Sequence record: SRR33789315_88
Length of the DNA stretch: 42,151 nt
Direction: 5' to 3' (one strand)
Shown: positions 1 through 9,087 of the stretch, piece by piece
Layout: each line of letters starts with the position of its first letter
How positions within the stretch are numbered: the first letter of the stretch is position 1
Notes under the pieces: model-generated
What the model was told of the DNA's origin: nothing
What the model saw: only the letters and a program-made list of their open reading frames with translations
Databases searched by the model: none
Position numbers and translations under genes: made by a program

Positions 1-160
1 AGGTGATGAAGTTAAAGAAGGCGAAACACTTCTTATTCTTGAAGCCATGAAAATGGAAAATGAGATTAAAACTTCGGTTAATGGTGTGGTGAAGGCCGTG
101 CATGTGAAAGAGGGACAGGCCCTCGAACAGGGCGTCCTCATGATCGAGCTCGACGTTTAA
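1..160 (+). CDS. Biotin carboxyl carrier domain, 3' end (acyl-CoA carboxylase subunit), truncated by window edge
   Basis: Frame from position 2 reads GDEVKEGETLLILEAMKMENEIKTSVNGVVKAVHVKEGQALEQGVLMIELDV*, containing the EAMKM biotinylation motif; stop TAA at 158-160. Not in the ORF track. Confidence 0.9.
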   Translation, partial: GDEVKEGETLLILEAMKMENEIKTSVNGVVKAVHVKEGQALEQGVLMIELDV

Positions 161-283
161 AGTCATTTCTAGATGCATCTTGCCGATCAAAGTCTCACTC
201 GCTCGTGCGGCTTACACAAATGTAAGCCTCCTCGCTCTTTTCAACTTTTCACGACAATCTGCTATCTATAAATGAGCTTTAAA
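156..283 (-). repeat. ~125-bp imperfect palindromic element (ERIC/RPE/MITE-like), copy 1
   Basis: Arms TTTAAAGTCATTTCTAGATGCATCTTGCCG and CGACAATCTGCTATCTATAAATGAGCTTTAAA are imperfect inverted repeats; central hairpin GGCTTACA-CAAA-TGTAAGCC (209-228); its reverse complement aligns with 2194-2318. Confidence 0.75.
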
Positions 284-386
284 TTAAAGATTTAATCTCA
301 TCCAAATTGAGAATCATTAAAAAAAATTAATAGTACAAAAAATTGTGAATAAGCCTTTTAGTGTTAAACTAAAAGTATGGATATTT

Positions 387-1124
387 ATGAATAAGATTAT
401 ACTTCTTAGTTTGATCACTTTGGTTTCAAGTTGTGACTTTCTTTGGAATTTCTTTGAGCCTGAATTCAATATTATAGAAAAAGATTACGTAGCTGGAATT
501 GTCGATGGTGATCCAGAACCTCCGTATGCCACACCAAATATGAGCAAATCAAGTCTGCTTGGAATTGATAAAGACAATGATGGAGTCAGGGATGATATTG
601 AGATTTGGATTAATCGAAATGTTGATGAAGCAAAAATAAGACAATACCTAAAGGTTTACATAAAAAGGCAAAACGGATTTCTGACTTGCAGTGGTGAAAG
701 TGATTGTTTAAATGCATATAGGGTTTATCGAAGGTCATCAGCATGTTTAGGTATCATAATTATCGGTGAAACATGGAGACTTGATTCGATTCATAAATTG
801 CAAAGAGTTGTGAGGACTTTATTTTTCAATAGTGATAATCGTAAAAAACATGATTCTAAAATGTCTGATTATCTAGCAGCGACATCTTGGGGAAGTGAGG
901 ACTTTTTAGGCAGTTATCTTTTGAAGAATGACTTTTGTCAATTTGAAATAAGTATAGATGATAAATATTTAAACAATATTTGGAGTTACTCGAATAGAGC
1001 ATATTTTGTACGTAACGTGAAAGAAGGTTTATATGAAAAATACTTTAATCTACATGTCGATATTAATGACTACCCTAACATATGCGACGGTTTCCATGGC
1101 ACAGAACAAAACTTGTGCGATTAA
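387..1124 (+). CDS. Hypothetical lipoprotein with DxDxDG Ca-binding-like motif
   Basis: ATG 387 gives MNKIILLSLITLVSSC (signal peptide + lipobox), more plausible than GTG 345; contains LLGIDKDNDGVRDDIEIWI; several Cys; visibly AT-rich. Confidence 0.7.
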   Translation: MNKIILLSLITLVSSCDFLWNFFEPEFNIIEKDYVAGIVDGDPEPPYATPNMSKSSLLGIDKDNDGVRDDIEIWINRNVDEAKIRQYLKVYIKRQNGFLTCSGESDCLNAYRVYRRSSACLGIIIIGETWRLDSIHKLQRVVRTLFFNSDNRKKHDSKMSDYLAATSWGSEDFLGSYLLKNDFCQFEISIDDKYLNNIWSYSNRAYFVRNVKEGLYEKYFNLHVDINDYPNICDGFHGTEQNLCD

Positions 1125-1237
1125 CCCAGTGAAAGTTCTTTGTAACTAGCCGAAATTATTTAAGTGCAAAAAATACACACGGCCTTTCATCCCGTAATTC
1201 ATCAACTATCTTTGTTGAAACTTGAATTGGGGAATTT

Positions 1238-1828
1238 ATGATTAAAACACTATCGCTGGTATTAGCTTTTATTAGTCTGAGCTTTGCTCCTGTTATGGCC
1301 CAAGAGGCGCCATCATCTGCACAATCAATTGTGCCTGAGCAGTCATGTCATCAAGACTACGCAAAAAGAAGAAAGCATTTAGTTATTCGTGCTCTAGCCA
1401 CACCAGTTATTGGAGTTGGTGTTGCAGCTCTTGGAATCGTTATTGGTGCAAACTTGGGAGCAGAAGGTAACGGCGGTTGGGATTCATTAGTTTATGCCTT
1501 AATTGGTGGTTATATCGGTGTGATCGCAACAGTAGTCAGTGAGCTTAGAACAATCTATGAATTAATTAAGGCCAATTCCCTCGTCAAGATTATTGAAGAA
1601 GCCCATTTAATGGCCGGTAAAAGATTAGAAGCTTTGAAAAGATATGCTACGAGAAAGCTTGATCGTGAAGTTACTCTTAATGAAGTTTCAAATGCACTAA
1701 CGAAAGCTGATATGAGCGGAATTCTTTGTGACGGATCAATGAGAGGTAAGTCACCCGATTCAAGACTTAAAAAACGTCTTGCACGTAGAAAAGAAATTAA
1801 TGCTTATTTGTTAAGAGCTCTTAGATAA
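1238..1828 (+). CDS. Hypothetical exported/membrane protein
   Basis: 196-aa ORF, GGGGA RBS, signal peptide (VMA-QE), Gly-rich hydrophobic hairpin, basic C-terminus. Confidence 0.7.
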   Translation: MIKTLSLVLAFISLSFAPVMAQEAPSSAQSIVPEQSCHQDYAKRRKHLVIRALATPVIGVGVAALGIVIGANLGAEGNGGWDSLVYALIGGYIGVIATVVSELRTIYELIKANSLVKIIEEAHLMAGKRLEALKRYATRKLDREVTLNEVSNALTKADMSGILCDGSMRGKSPDSRLKKRLARRKEINAYLLRALR

Positions 1829-1829
1829 T

Positions 1830-2150
1830 CTATTCAAGCATCTGAGGACAAGCAGAACTTAGTCCAAGCGAGCAGGCTTTTATTGTTAAGTTGCTCGCTT
1901 GAATCATGTCACCAGATTTCGCTTCAAGTTCAGCTAAAAGAGAACAGGCAACCGCTTCATTTTTATGACAAGCAAAGTTGTTGAAAATCTTGGCCGAGAA
2001 ATCATAGCCATTGGCATAACTCCACTCACCTAAAAAAGCTCCAAGTGGAACATCCATCACCTTGGCATGTTGAAGAAGAGTATACGGGCCAAAGGCCAAT
2101 ACAAGGGCAAGGATTGAGAGTTTTGTTTTCATAGATATAGTCTGACTCAT
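1830..2150 (-). CDS. Hypothetical small protein with Sel1-like Cys repeats
   Basis: 106-aa ORF, N-terminal hydrophobic segment, ACxxxxxxAC repeats (ACHKNEAVAC, ACSLGLSSAC). Confidence 0.55.
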   Translation of the reverse strand: MSQTISMKTKLSILALVLAFGPYTLLQHAKVMDVPLGAFLGEWSYANGYDFSAKIFNNFACHKNEAVACSLLAELEAKSGDMIQASNLTIKACSLGLSSACPQMLE

Positions 2151-2193
2151 AAATCACAGAAAATGAAGTAGGGCTAAATACCTTAAATCAATA

Positions 2194-2318
2194 TAGCTGC
2201 TCTCAATTTATTAAAGATTAAGGTGAAACGAAATGGAGCGACTGAGGTGTACATTAATGTACACCGCAAGAAGTGACATTGAAGTTGATCCTTAAGATTT
2301 ATAAATTGGGAGTAGATA
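2194..2318 (+). repeat. ~125-bp imperfect palindromic element (ERIC/RPE/MITE-like), copy 2
   Basis: TA-bounded arms TAGCTGCTCTCAATTTAT / ATAAATTGGGAGTAGATA; perfect central 20-bp palindrome GGTGTACATTAATGTACACC (2246-2265); shares motif order with copy 1. Confidence 0.75.
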
Positions 2319-2355
2319 AAAAAGCGGGTTTGATTCTGTACGTCCAAACCCGCTT
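2318..2355 (-). terminator. Intrinsic terminator (minus strand)
   Basis: Minus strand AAGCGGGTTTG-gacgtacagaat-CAAACCCGCTT followed by TTTTAT; U-tract only on the minus strand. Confidence 0.85.
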
Positions 2356-2485
2356 CAAAAGCAACTTTCAATCGAGCACTCCACACACAACACACACGTG
2401 ATACCCAGAACTAGGAGAGCCTCAACACACACACAGCGAGAACTACAGCAAGTACCACCAAGAGCGCTCAAGATCGAAAGTCTTA
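2318..2485 (-). ncRNA. Putative structured small RNA with two GU-repeat loops
   Basis: Nested stems 2472-2481/2364-2373, 2462-2469/2374-2381, 2450-2458/2398-2406, 2437-2444/2418-2424 with about 7 G-U pairs on the minus strand; unpaired GUGUGUGUUGUGUGUG and CUGUGUGUGUGU loops; terminator at the 3' end. 5' end approximate. Confidence 0.65.
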
Positions 2486-2553
2486 TCTTTTATGAATGGG
2501 CTTATGGCCTGAGAATTTGGTCAAGAAAAGAGAGTTGGTAATATTTACACGGC

Positions 2554-3510
2554 TTATTTTTTTGAACGAAGAAGCTTAAAAAGCTGGTTTGCCGCCTGAA
2601 AAGGCGTTTGTTTGGAGGCTGCCACATCTGAAAGTGCCGATTGCCATTGACTTTTAAGCGATGGATCGGTGGCGAGCTCATCTTCAATCATGTTGTTTAG
2701 AAGCTCTTTAAGCCAAGATTTGGCCTGATTTTTTCTTTTGGTTTCAAGATTTTCTTTGCCCGCTGCCTTGTACCAGTTCTCGATTTCATTCCAATATCCA
2801 TCAAGACCAATATTATCTCTGGCCGAACAGGTGATGACTTTAGCCTGCCAAAAATCCTTATGACTTAGAAGGCTTAGAGCATTTTGGTAATGGGACTTCG
2901 CCATCTCAGCCAATGTCTTTTGATCGCCGTCAGCTTTATTTATAACTAACAGGTCAGCCAATTCGATAATGCCTTTTTTTATTCCTTGCAGATCATCGCC
3001 TGCACCTGGAACCAGCATGACTGAAAAAACATCAACCATACCTGAAACAGCAACTTCGGACTGACCGACGCCAACCGTTTCAATCAGAACCACATCAAAA
3101 CCAGCGGCCTCGCATAAAAGCATTGATTCTCTTGTCTTACGCTCAACGCCGCCAAGGGCACCAGAAGTAGGACTTGGTCTAACAAAGGCATTAGGATGGC
3201 GCGAGAGACTTTCCATACGGGTTTTATCACCCATGATGGAGCCGCCTGAAATAGGAGAGCTTGGATCAACCGCCAGCACCGCAACTTTGAGATTCTTTTC
3301 ACAAAGCATGAGGCCTAACTGTTCAATAAAGGTTGATTTACCTACACCCGGAACACCGGAAATTCCGATACGTTTTGATTTACCTGTATGGGGTAAGATT
3401 TCTTGTAAAAGCTTTTGAGACTCTTCTTTGTGTTCAGGCTTTTTGCTTTCAATCAGTGTGATAGCTTTTGATAATGCGCGAATATCACCTTTTAAAAGCT
3501 GATCCTTCAT
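2554..3510 (-). CDS. meaB: Methylmalonyl-CoA mutase-associated GTPase MeaB/ArgK
   Basis: [10 protein letters not shown]-loop, [33 protein letters not shown]; overlaps the mutase stop. Confidence 0.95.
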   Translation of the reverse strand: MKDQLLKGDIRALSKAITLIESKKPEHKEESQKLLQEILPHTGKSKRIGISGVPGVGKSTFIEQLGLMLCEKNLKVAVLAVDPSSPISGGSIMGDKTRMESLSRHPNAFVRPSPTSGALGGVERKTRESMLLCEAAGFDVVLIETVGVGQSEVAVSGMVDVFSVMLVPGAGDDLQGIKKGIIELADLLVINKADGDQKTLAEMAKSHYQNALSLLSHKDFWQAKVITCSARDNIGLDGYWNEIENWYKAAGKENLETKRKNQAKSWLKELLNNMIEDELATDPSLKSQWQSALSDVAASKQTPFQAANQLFKLLRSKK

Positions 3511-5669
3511 GATTTTCCGTGGGCCTTATTAATTTGGACGAGGACTTCTCTGGCAGCGTCAGGAATAACAGTTCCTGGGCCAAAGATTCCTTTAACACCG
3601 GCTTTGGTTAAAAACTCGTAGTCTTGTTTTGGAATCACACCGCCACAAACCACGATTACGTCATCTGCACCGGCTTTTTTAAGCTCAGCGATCAAATCAG
3701 GAATAAGTGTTTTATGACCAGCGGCTTGAGAGGAAACACCAACGACGTGAACATCATTTTCAAGTGCTTGTTTTGCAACTTCTTCTGGCGTTGAAAAAAG
3801 AGGAGCTAGATCGATATCAAAGCCAACATCAGCAAATGCTGTGGCAATAACTTTAGCTCCACGATCATGTCCATCTTGTCCCATTTTCGCCACTAGCATA
3901 CGTGGGCGACGGCCATGGGCGGCCACAAAAGAATCGATATCTGTTTTAATTTTTTCCCAAGACATATCTCCATCATACGCTGATCCGTAGACTCCGGAAA
4001 CTGTTTGTGATTGGGCGACGTATCTGCCCCATACTTTTTCAAGGGCTTCGGTGATTTCTCCCACAGTGGCGCGAACTTTAGCGGCCTTAACAGCAAGATC
4101 AAGACCGTTGCCGTTACCTGATTTTGCATATTCAGTAAGGGCCGAAAGGGCAGCATCAACGGCTTTTTGATCACGAGATTTCTTTATTTCTTCGATTCGT
4201 TTAACTTGAGAAATACGAACGGCTTGATTATCAATATCTAGGATATCTAACTTTTCTTCTTGATCCGAAGGAATACGATATTTATTCACACCAACGATGA
4301 CATCTTCACCGCGATCAATACGCGCCTGCTTACCAGCGGCTGATTCCTCAATACGAAGTTTAGGCACACCTTTTTCAATCGCTTTGGCCATACCACCTAA
4401 TGATTGAACTTCATTCATTAGCTCAGTGGCGCGATCAGCGATCTGTTGTGTGAGCTTTTCCATCATGAAAGAGCCACCAAATGGATCGACCACATCAGTG
4501 ATACCCGTTTCTTCTTGAAGAATGATCTGGGTGTTTCTAGCGATACGAGCTGAAAAATCTGTCGGTAGAGCAACCGCTTCATCAAATGAATTGGTGTGTA
4601 AAGATTGAGTTCCACCAAAAACTGCTGCCATGGCTTCAATCGTTGTACGAACAACGTTGTTGTATGGATCTTGCTCAGTTAAAGACCAGCCAGAAGTTTG
4701 GCAGTGAGTACGAAGCATTTTTGATTGAATATTTTGAGGATTATAGGCACTCATGATTTTAGACCATAAAAGTCTAGCGGCACGAAGCTTTGCAATTTCC
4801 ATATAGAAATTCATACCAATGCCAAAAAAGAATGAAAGTCTTGGAGCAAAGTCATCGATCTTCATACCTGAAGCGAGTGCAGTTTCAACATATTCCTTTC
4901 CGTCAGCTAAAGTATACGCAAGTTCGAGAGCAGCGTCGGCGCCGGCTTCTTGCATATGATAACCAGAAATAGAAATCGAGTTGAACTTAGGCATATGTTC
5001 AGATGTGTAAGCGAAGATATCAGAGATGGCGCGCATGCTTGGTTTTGGTGGATAGATATAAGTATTTCTCACCATGAATTCTTTAAGAATATCATTTTGA
5101 ATTGTACCTGAGAGCTTATCTTTTGAAACACCTTGCTCTTGTGCCGCCACAATATAATTAGCTAGGATTGGAAGAACAGCTCCGTTCATCGTCATAGAAA
5201 CAGAAACTTTTTCAAGCGGAATTCCATCAAAAAGAATTTTCATATCTTCGACGGAATCAATTGCTACACCCGCTTTACCAACATCACCCTTAACACGAGG
5301 ATGATCAGAGTCGTAACCACGATGAGTGGCTAAATCGAAGGCCACCGATACACCTTGGCCTCCGGCCGAAAGAGCGCGACGATAAAACGCGTTTGATTCT
5401 TCAGCTGTTGAAAAACCTGCGTACTGACGAATAGTCCAAGGACGACCAGAATACATAGTGGCTTTTGGGCCACGAACAAAAGGTTCAAATCCAGGAAGAG
5501 TATTAGCGAACTTTAAATCTTTAGTATCATCACTAGTGTAAAGAGGTTTGATCTCAATACCTTCAGGAGTTTTCTTAGCACTTGGAGCTTTGCCTTTAGC
5601 TTCCTTAGTTGCAAGTTCTTGCCAATCAGAAAGTGTTTTAACTGGTGGATGATATTCGTTGTTCGACAA
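3507..5669 (-). CDS. scpA: Methylmalonyl-CoA mutase (B12-dependent)
   Basis: [34 protein letters not shown]12 motif GQDGHDRG; Tyr/Gln specificity residues fit methylmalonyl-CoA. Start placed at TTG 5669 after AAGGAG. Confidence 0.95.
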   Translation of the reverse strand: MSNNEYHPPVKTLSDWQELATKEAKGKAPSAKKTPEGIEIKPLYTSDDTKDLKFANTLPGFEPFVRGPKATMYSGRPWTIRQYAGFSTAEESNAFYRRALSAGGQGVSVAFDLATHRGYDSDHPRVKGDVGKAGVAIDSVEDMKILFDGIPLEKVSVSMTMNGAVLPILANYIVAAQEQGVSKDKLSGTIQNDILKEFMVRNTYIYPPKPSMRAISDIFAYTSEHMPKFNSISISGYHMQEAGADAALELAYTLADGKEYVETALASGMKIDDFAPRLSFFFGIGMNFYMEIAKLRAARLLWSKIMSAYNPQNIQSKMLRTHCQTSGWSLTEQDPYNNVVRTTIEAMAAVFGGTQSLHTNSFDEAVALPTDFSARIARNTQIILQEETGITDVVDPFGGSFMMEKLTQQIADRATELMNEVQSLGGMAKAIEKGVPKLRIEESAAGKQARIDRGEDVIVGVNKYRIPSDQEEKLDILDIDNQAVRISQVKRIEEIKKSRDQKAVDAALSALTEYAKSGNGNGLDLAVKAAKVRATVGEITEALEKVWGRYVAQSQTVSGVYGSAYDGDMSWEKIKTDIDSFVAAHGRRPRMLVAKMGQDGHDRGAKVIATAFADVGFDIDLAPLFSTPEEVAKQALENDVHVVGVSSQAAGHKTLIPDLIAELKKAGADDVIVVCGGVIPKQDYEFLTKAGVKGIFGPGTVIPDAAREVLVQINKAHGKS

Positions 5670-5903
5670 ATGGTGCTCCTTATATGTGCCTGATATTTTT
5701 AGCAAAAACGAAGAGTTATGACCATGAATCTCGGTGCGAGATTGGCCCTATAGAGATGCTATTTTCTTATAAATACTCACTCTAAGTGTAAGAAATTATG
5801 TATTTCTAGAGTGTTAGCATGGGAAAGACTTTCCTCAAATGTTAGGAAGCTGGAGTTGTACGCTACAATATATGTAGTGAAACCCTCAGGAGGAAGAGAG
5901 GAA

Positions 5904-6458
5904 ATGACCAAGGATTCAACTTCAGGCCAAGAATTAATCTTAGAAACTAGTCTTCAAACATTCTTCTTTGATGAGCTGACACAGGTTAATCAAAAAAGTT
6001 CAAGACCTCTTCCACGTGAAACCGTTCACTATTCTAGTATCGTGCTTGATCAGTATGGTGAATCAGGAAAATATTTTGAGACAGTCGAAGGAAAAGTTCG
6101 AGATAAAGTTTTAGGTCTTAAGCTGCTTGAAACTTGTCATATGACGAAATCAAAACAAGTAAGAGTTCTAAGAGATATTGGTGATACTGCACTTTTTCTT
6201 TGTGGATTTTTTTCAGACTCACTCAATAGTAAAATCATCGATACTAGTTATTACCAACAAATTGGTTGTTCAGCTTATCGAAAGCTAAACCATCTTGTAC
6301 CAGAGTTTTATGAAACACCTTCATTCTATGATCAGTTATCAAAGTCATTTTCTGGTGTAACGATGTTAATGAATATCGTTGCTGAGAAAATGACTAAGCC
6401 TGATCAATTTGAAGGCATGATTCTTTATATTGGCGATCGAAATATTAAGGCTTCTTAG
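5904..6458 (+). CDS. Conserved hypothetical protein
   Basis: ATG 5904 after purine-rich GGAGGAAGAGAGGA; motif LRDIGDTALFLCGFFSDSL...YYQQIGCSAY; function unknown. Confidence 0.75.
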   Translation: MTKDSTSGQELILETSLQTFFFDELTQVNQKSSRPLPRETVHYSSIVLDQYGESGKYFETVEGKVRDKVLGLKLLETCHMTKSKQVRVLRDIGDTALFLCGFFSDSLNSKIIDTSYYQQIGCSAYRKLNHLVPEFYETPSFYDQLSKSFSGVTMLMNIVAEKMTKPDQFEGMILYIGDRNIKAS

Positions 6459-9027
6459 TTTCGTATTCTCTACCAACAACAACAGTTGACCATTTCTTAG
6501 AGAAGGCTTTTTTAAGCTTCTTGTTAAAATCTTCAAAATTGATGGAATCAATGGCTATAAGATTTTTATGGTACCAATCAAGATCGCGTCCTTGAAGAAC
6601 TGGTACCGAATATACTCCCGCCCAATCTTCGTTGGTTTGAACATTAATCTGTGCTTGCCCCTTAATCATTTCTTTAACACGATTGAAATCATCACGAGAT
6701 AGACCTTCATCTCTAAGGCGTTCGATAATAGAGCGAATGGCAGCAATGGCCGGCGTCACTTTATCATGACCACTGGCCATATAAATTCCCCAATAACCAC
6801 CTTCAAGTGCCGTGAAATGAATCGGTTGAGCCGTATAGCAAAGTCCTTGGCGATCACGTACTTCAACAAATAATTCGGAAGATTGTCCACCAAGATGGGC
6901 CGAAATAATTTTTAAAGCATTATGTTCAGCTTCATCCATGCCGCCGCAAGCAATAGCAGTAAAGATTTGTGTTTGTTCTCGCTCAAAAGGAATATAAGTG
7001 AGCTCACTTGGCTTAGGAGTATATTTTTTAGGTGTATGCTTTTTCCATGCGCGGGCCTTAAGTGGCTTGAAGGCTTCTTGGAACTTTTCGTAAACTTCTT
7101 CAAAACTTTGATCACCACAATAAGTGATGAGCATTTCTTTATTCTTAATACTCTTATTGTGAAGACGTTTCATATCTTCAACCTTAAAGCTTTTAACAGT
7201 CTTAGGATTTCCAAGCGCGTTCATGCTGTAAGGGTGAGTATTAAATAAAAACTTAGAAGCCGTTTGAAAACAAACCTTAATCGGATCTTCTTTTTGATTA
7301 TCTAAATGCCTTAACGCGATTTTCTTTTCATGGGCCAAAAACTTAGGTGGAAGAGTTGGATTAAGTAGTGTTTGGCTAAAATGAGTTAAAAGAGTCGTGA
7401 AGTGCTCACTTTGTCCATGAAGAGTTAGGCCATAAGCATTCTTGCCAGAAAAAGCTGAAAGAGAAGCCGACATATCTTCAAGACCATCTTTAAGGTCTTC
7501 GTACTTAATGCCTTTGTAGCCTTTAGTCAGAAGTCCCGCCAACATATGATAGCTGCCGTTGGTCTTTGCATTTTCTTCGGCTAGGCCACCGCGAATATAA
7601 GCATGCATGACAAAAGTTGGATTCATTGGATTTAGGCGGTGAACCAGTTTTACTCCAGGAACAAGATCAACTAAGCGAACTTGTTGATCGTATTTTGAAG
7701 TCTTAACACCTTTGATTTTACTAACAGTCGTAATTTTAGAAAGTTTAGAAAGCCCTTGTTGGAATTTCTCAAGTTCTTTAGTGCATTTTTTTAGATCACT
7801 ACCTTTAGGAACTTGCAGTGAGAAATGTAATGGGCGAGATAAAATATCAGATAGCGCTTTATCTACTTGTGACTTTGTCACTGCTTTCATACGGCGAATA
7901 AATTCCTCTTCACTGCCGATATCACCAAATTGAGCATGTCCATGGCCTAGGGAGAAAGCATAACTTTCAAGAGATTCCATATCGTAAACTTTAGAGGCGA
8001 TATATTGATTTTTGATTTTACGAAGTTCTTTTTCATCAAAGCCTTTTGTCACCGCTTCTTGGAAAGTCTTAACCACTTTGTCACAAGCCTTAGTTATGTT
8101 TTCAACGGGAAGACTTAGGCGCATAAAGTGAACACCACCATCAGTCATAAACATGGTTGAACAGCTACTTGAGTTGGCATAACTCTTATCAACCACAACA
8201 TTGCGATAAAGCCTTGAGCTTTCACCGTGACCTAAACAGTTCATGACCAGATCTTCAGCAGGAGATTTAGGATCAGCAATATTTGGGGCTTGAATTGTTA
8301 CAGTCAATGTTGCAATACGAGTATCTTTCTCATGCACTTCAATCGTTGATTTTTTAGCTAATTCAAATTTTGGAAAAGATGAAGCAGGGCCTTCTGGAAG
8401 TTTAAATTCCTCAACGATTTTTGAAATTTTTTCTTGTCCACCAACATGATCGATATCACCAGCAATAACCAGCATCGAATTCGTAAGATTATAAAATTTC
8501 TTTCTAAAATCTTTTAGCTGATCTTGAGAAAAGTTCTTGATAGTTTCTTCTTCGCCCAAGATCTGATGTGAATAACCACCAGTAAAAGAATTTTTTTGAA
8601 TTTGAGAAAAGGCATACTGATTAGGTGAATCGATTGAGCGTCTAAACTCTTCAAAGACCACGTCACGCTCTGGCTCTAGATCCTCTTGTTTAAACATCGG
8701 ATTAGAAACCATATCCATTAAAATTTTAATGGTGTTATCTAATTTAGGATTTGGGCAGTTAATATAATAACAAGTGTAATCAAATGAAGTGAAGGCATTG
8801 ATCTCACCGCCGAAACTTTCCACATCGTGAGCAATCATCGCCCCAGGTCTTTGTGGTGTTCCTTTAAAAAACATATGTTCAAGAAAATGTGCAATACCGT
8901 GATCTTTACCTGTCTCTAATGCACTTCCAGCGCGAAACCAAATTTGAGCACTAGCACTCGTACTTCCAGGCATATTGATAAAAAGAGTTTTTAGCTTATT
9001 GTTTAGGGTCTTTAATTGATGTTGCAT
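6445..9027 (-). CDS. M16 family zinc peptidase (pitrilysin-like, fused two-half)
   Basis: Inverted zinc motif HFLEH plus NAFTSFDYTCY; second half lacks the motif (HMLAG); C-terminal VRDRQGLCY. Confidence 0.92.
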   Translation of the reverse strand: MQHQLKTLNNKLKTLFINMPGSTSASAQIWFRAGSALETGKDHGIAHFLEHMFFKGTPQRPGAMIAHDVESFGGEINAFTSFDYTCYYINCPNPKLDNTIKILMDMVSNPMFKQEDLEPERDVVFEEFRRSIDSPNQYAFSQIQKNSFTGGYSHQILGEEETIKNFSQDQLKDFRKKFYNLTNSMLVIAGDIDHVGGQEKISKIVEEFKLPEGPASSFPKFELAKKSTIEVHEKDTRIATLTVTIQAPNIADPKSPAEDLVMNCLGHGESSRLYRNVVVDKSYANSSSCSTMFMTDGGVHFMRLSLPVENITKACDKVVKTFQEAVTKGFDEKELRKIKNQYIASKVYDMESLESYAFSLGHGHAQFGDIGSEEEFIRRMKAVTKSQVDKALSDILSRPLHFSLQVPKGSDLKKCTKELEKFQQGLSKLSKITTVSKIKGVKTSKYDQQVRLVDLVPGVKLVHRLNPMNPTFVMHAYIRGGLAEENAKTNGSYHMLAGLLTKGYKGIKYEDLKDGLEDMSASLSAFSGKNAYGLTLHGQSEHFTTLLTHFSQTLLNPTLPPKFLAHEKKIALRHLDNQKEDPIKVCFQTASKFLFNTHPYSMNALGNPKTVKSFKVEDMKRLHNKSIKNKEMLITYCGDQSFEEVYEKFQEAFKPLKARAWKKHTPKKYTPKPSELTYIPFEREQTQIFTAIACGGMDEAEHNALKIISAHLGGQSSELFVEVRDRQGLCYTAQPIHFTALEGGYWGIYMASGHDKVTPAIAAIRSIIERLRDEGLSRDDFNRVKEMIKGQAQINVQTNEDWAGVYSVPVLQGRDLDWYHKNLIAIDSINFEDFNKKLKKAFSKKWSTVVVGREYETKKP

Positions 9028-9087
9028 GCACTTCCATGGCCAAGGGGTTTTTAAGACATTATAGTCGGGATACGGCCTAGCGACAAA

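Noticed and set aside
156-2318. Integron cassette array or CRISPR array
   Set aside because: No clear RYYYAAC/GTTRRRY ends, the elements are inverted rather than direct, there is no integrase or cas gene, and no repeat-spacer periodicity.
2183-2395. 70-aa minus-strand ORF
   Set aside because: It starts inside the GU repeat, runs through a terminator and a palindromic element, and has no RBS or recognisable motif.
2318-2485. 6S RNA, SRP RNA or riboswitch identity for the structured region
   Set aside because: The internal loop is strongly asymmetric (about 3 versus 16 nt), there is no SRP GGAA domain or c-di-GMP/cobalamin consensus, and it lies 3' of the operon. An Rfam search is still needed.
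5670-5903. Cobalamin riboswitch upstream of the mutase
   Set aside because: AT-rich divergent promoter region with no recognisable B12-box or core stems.
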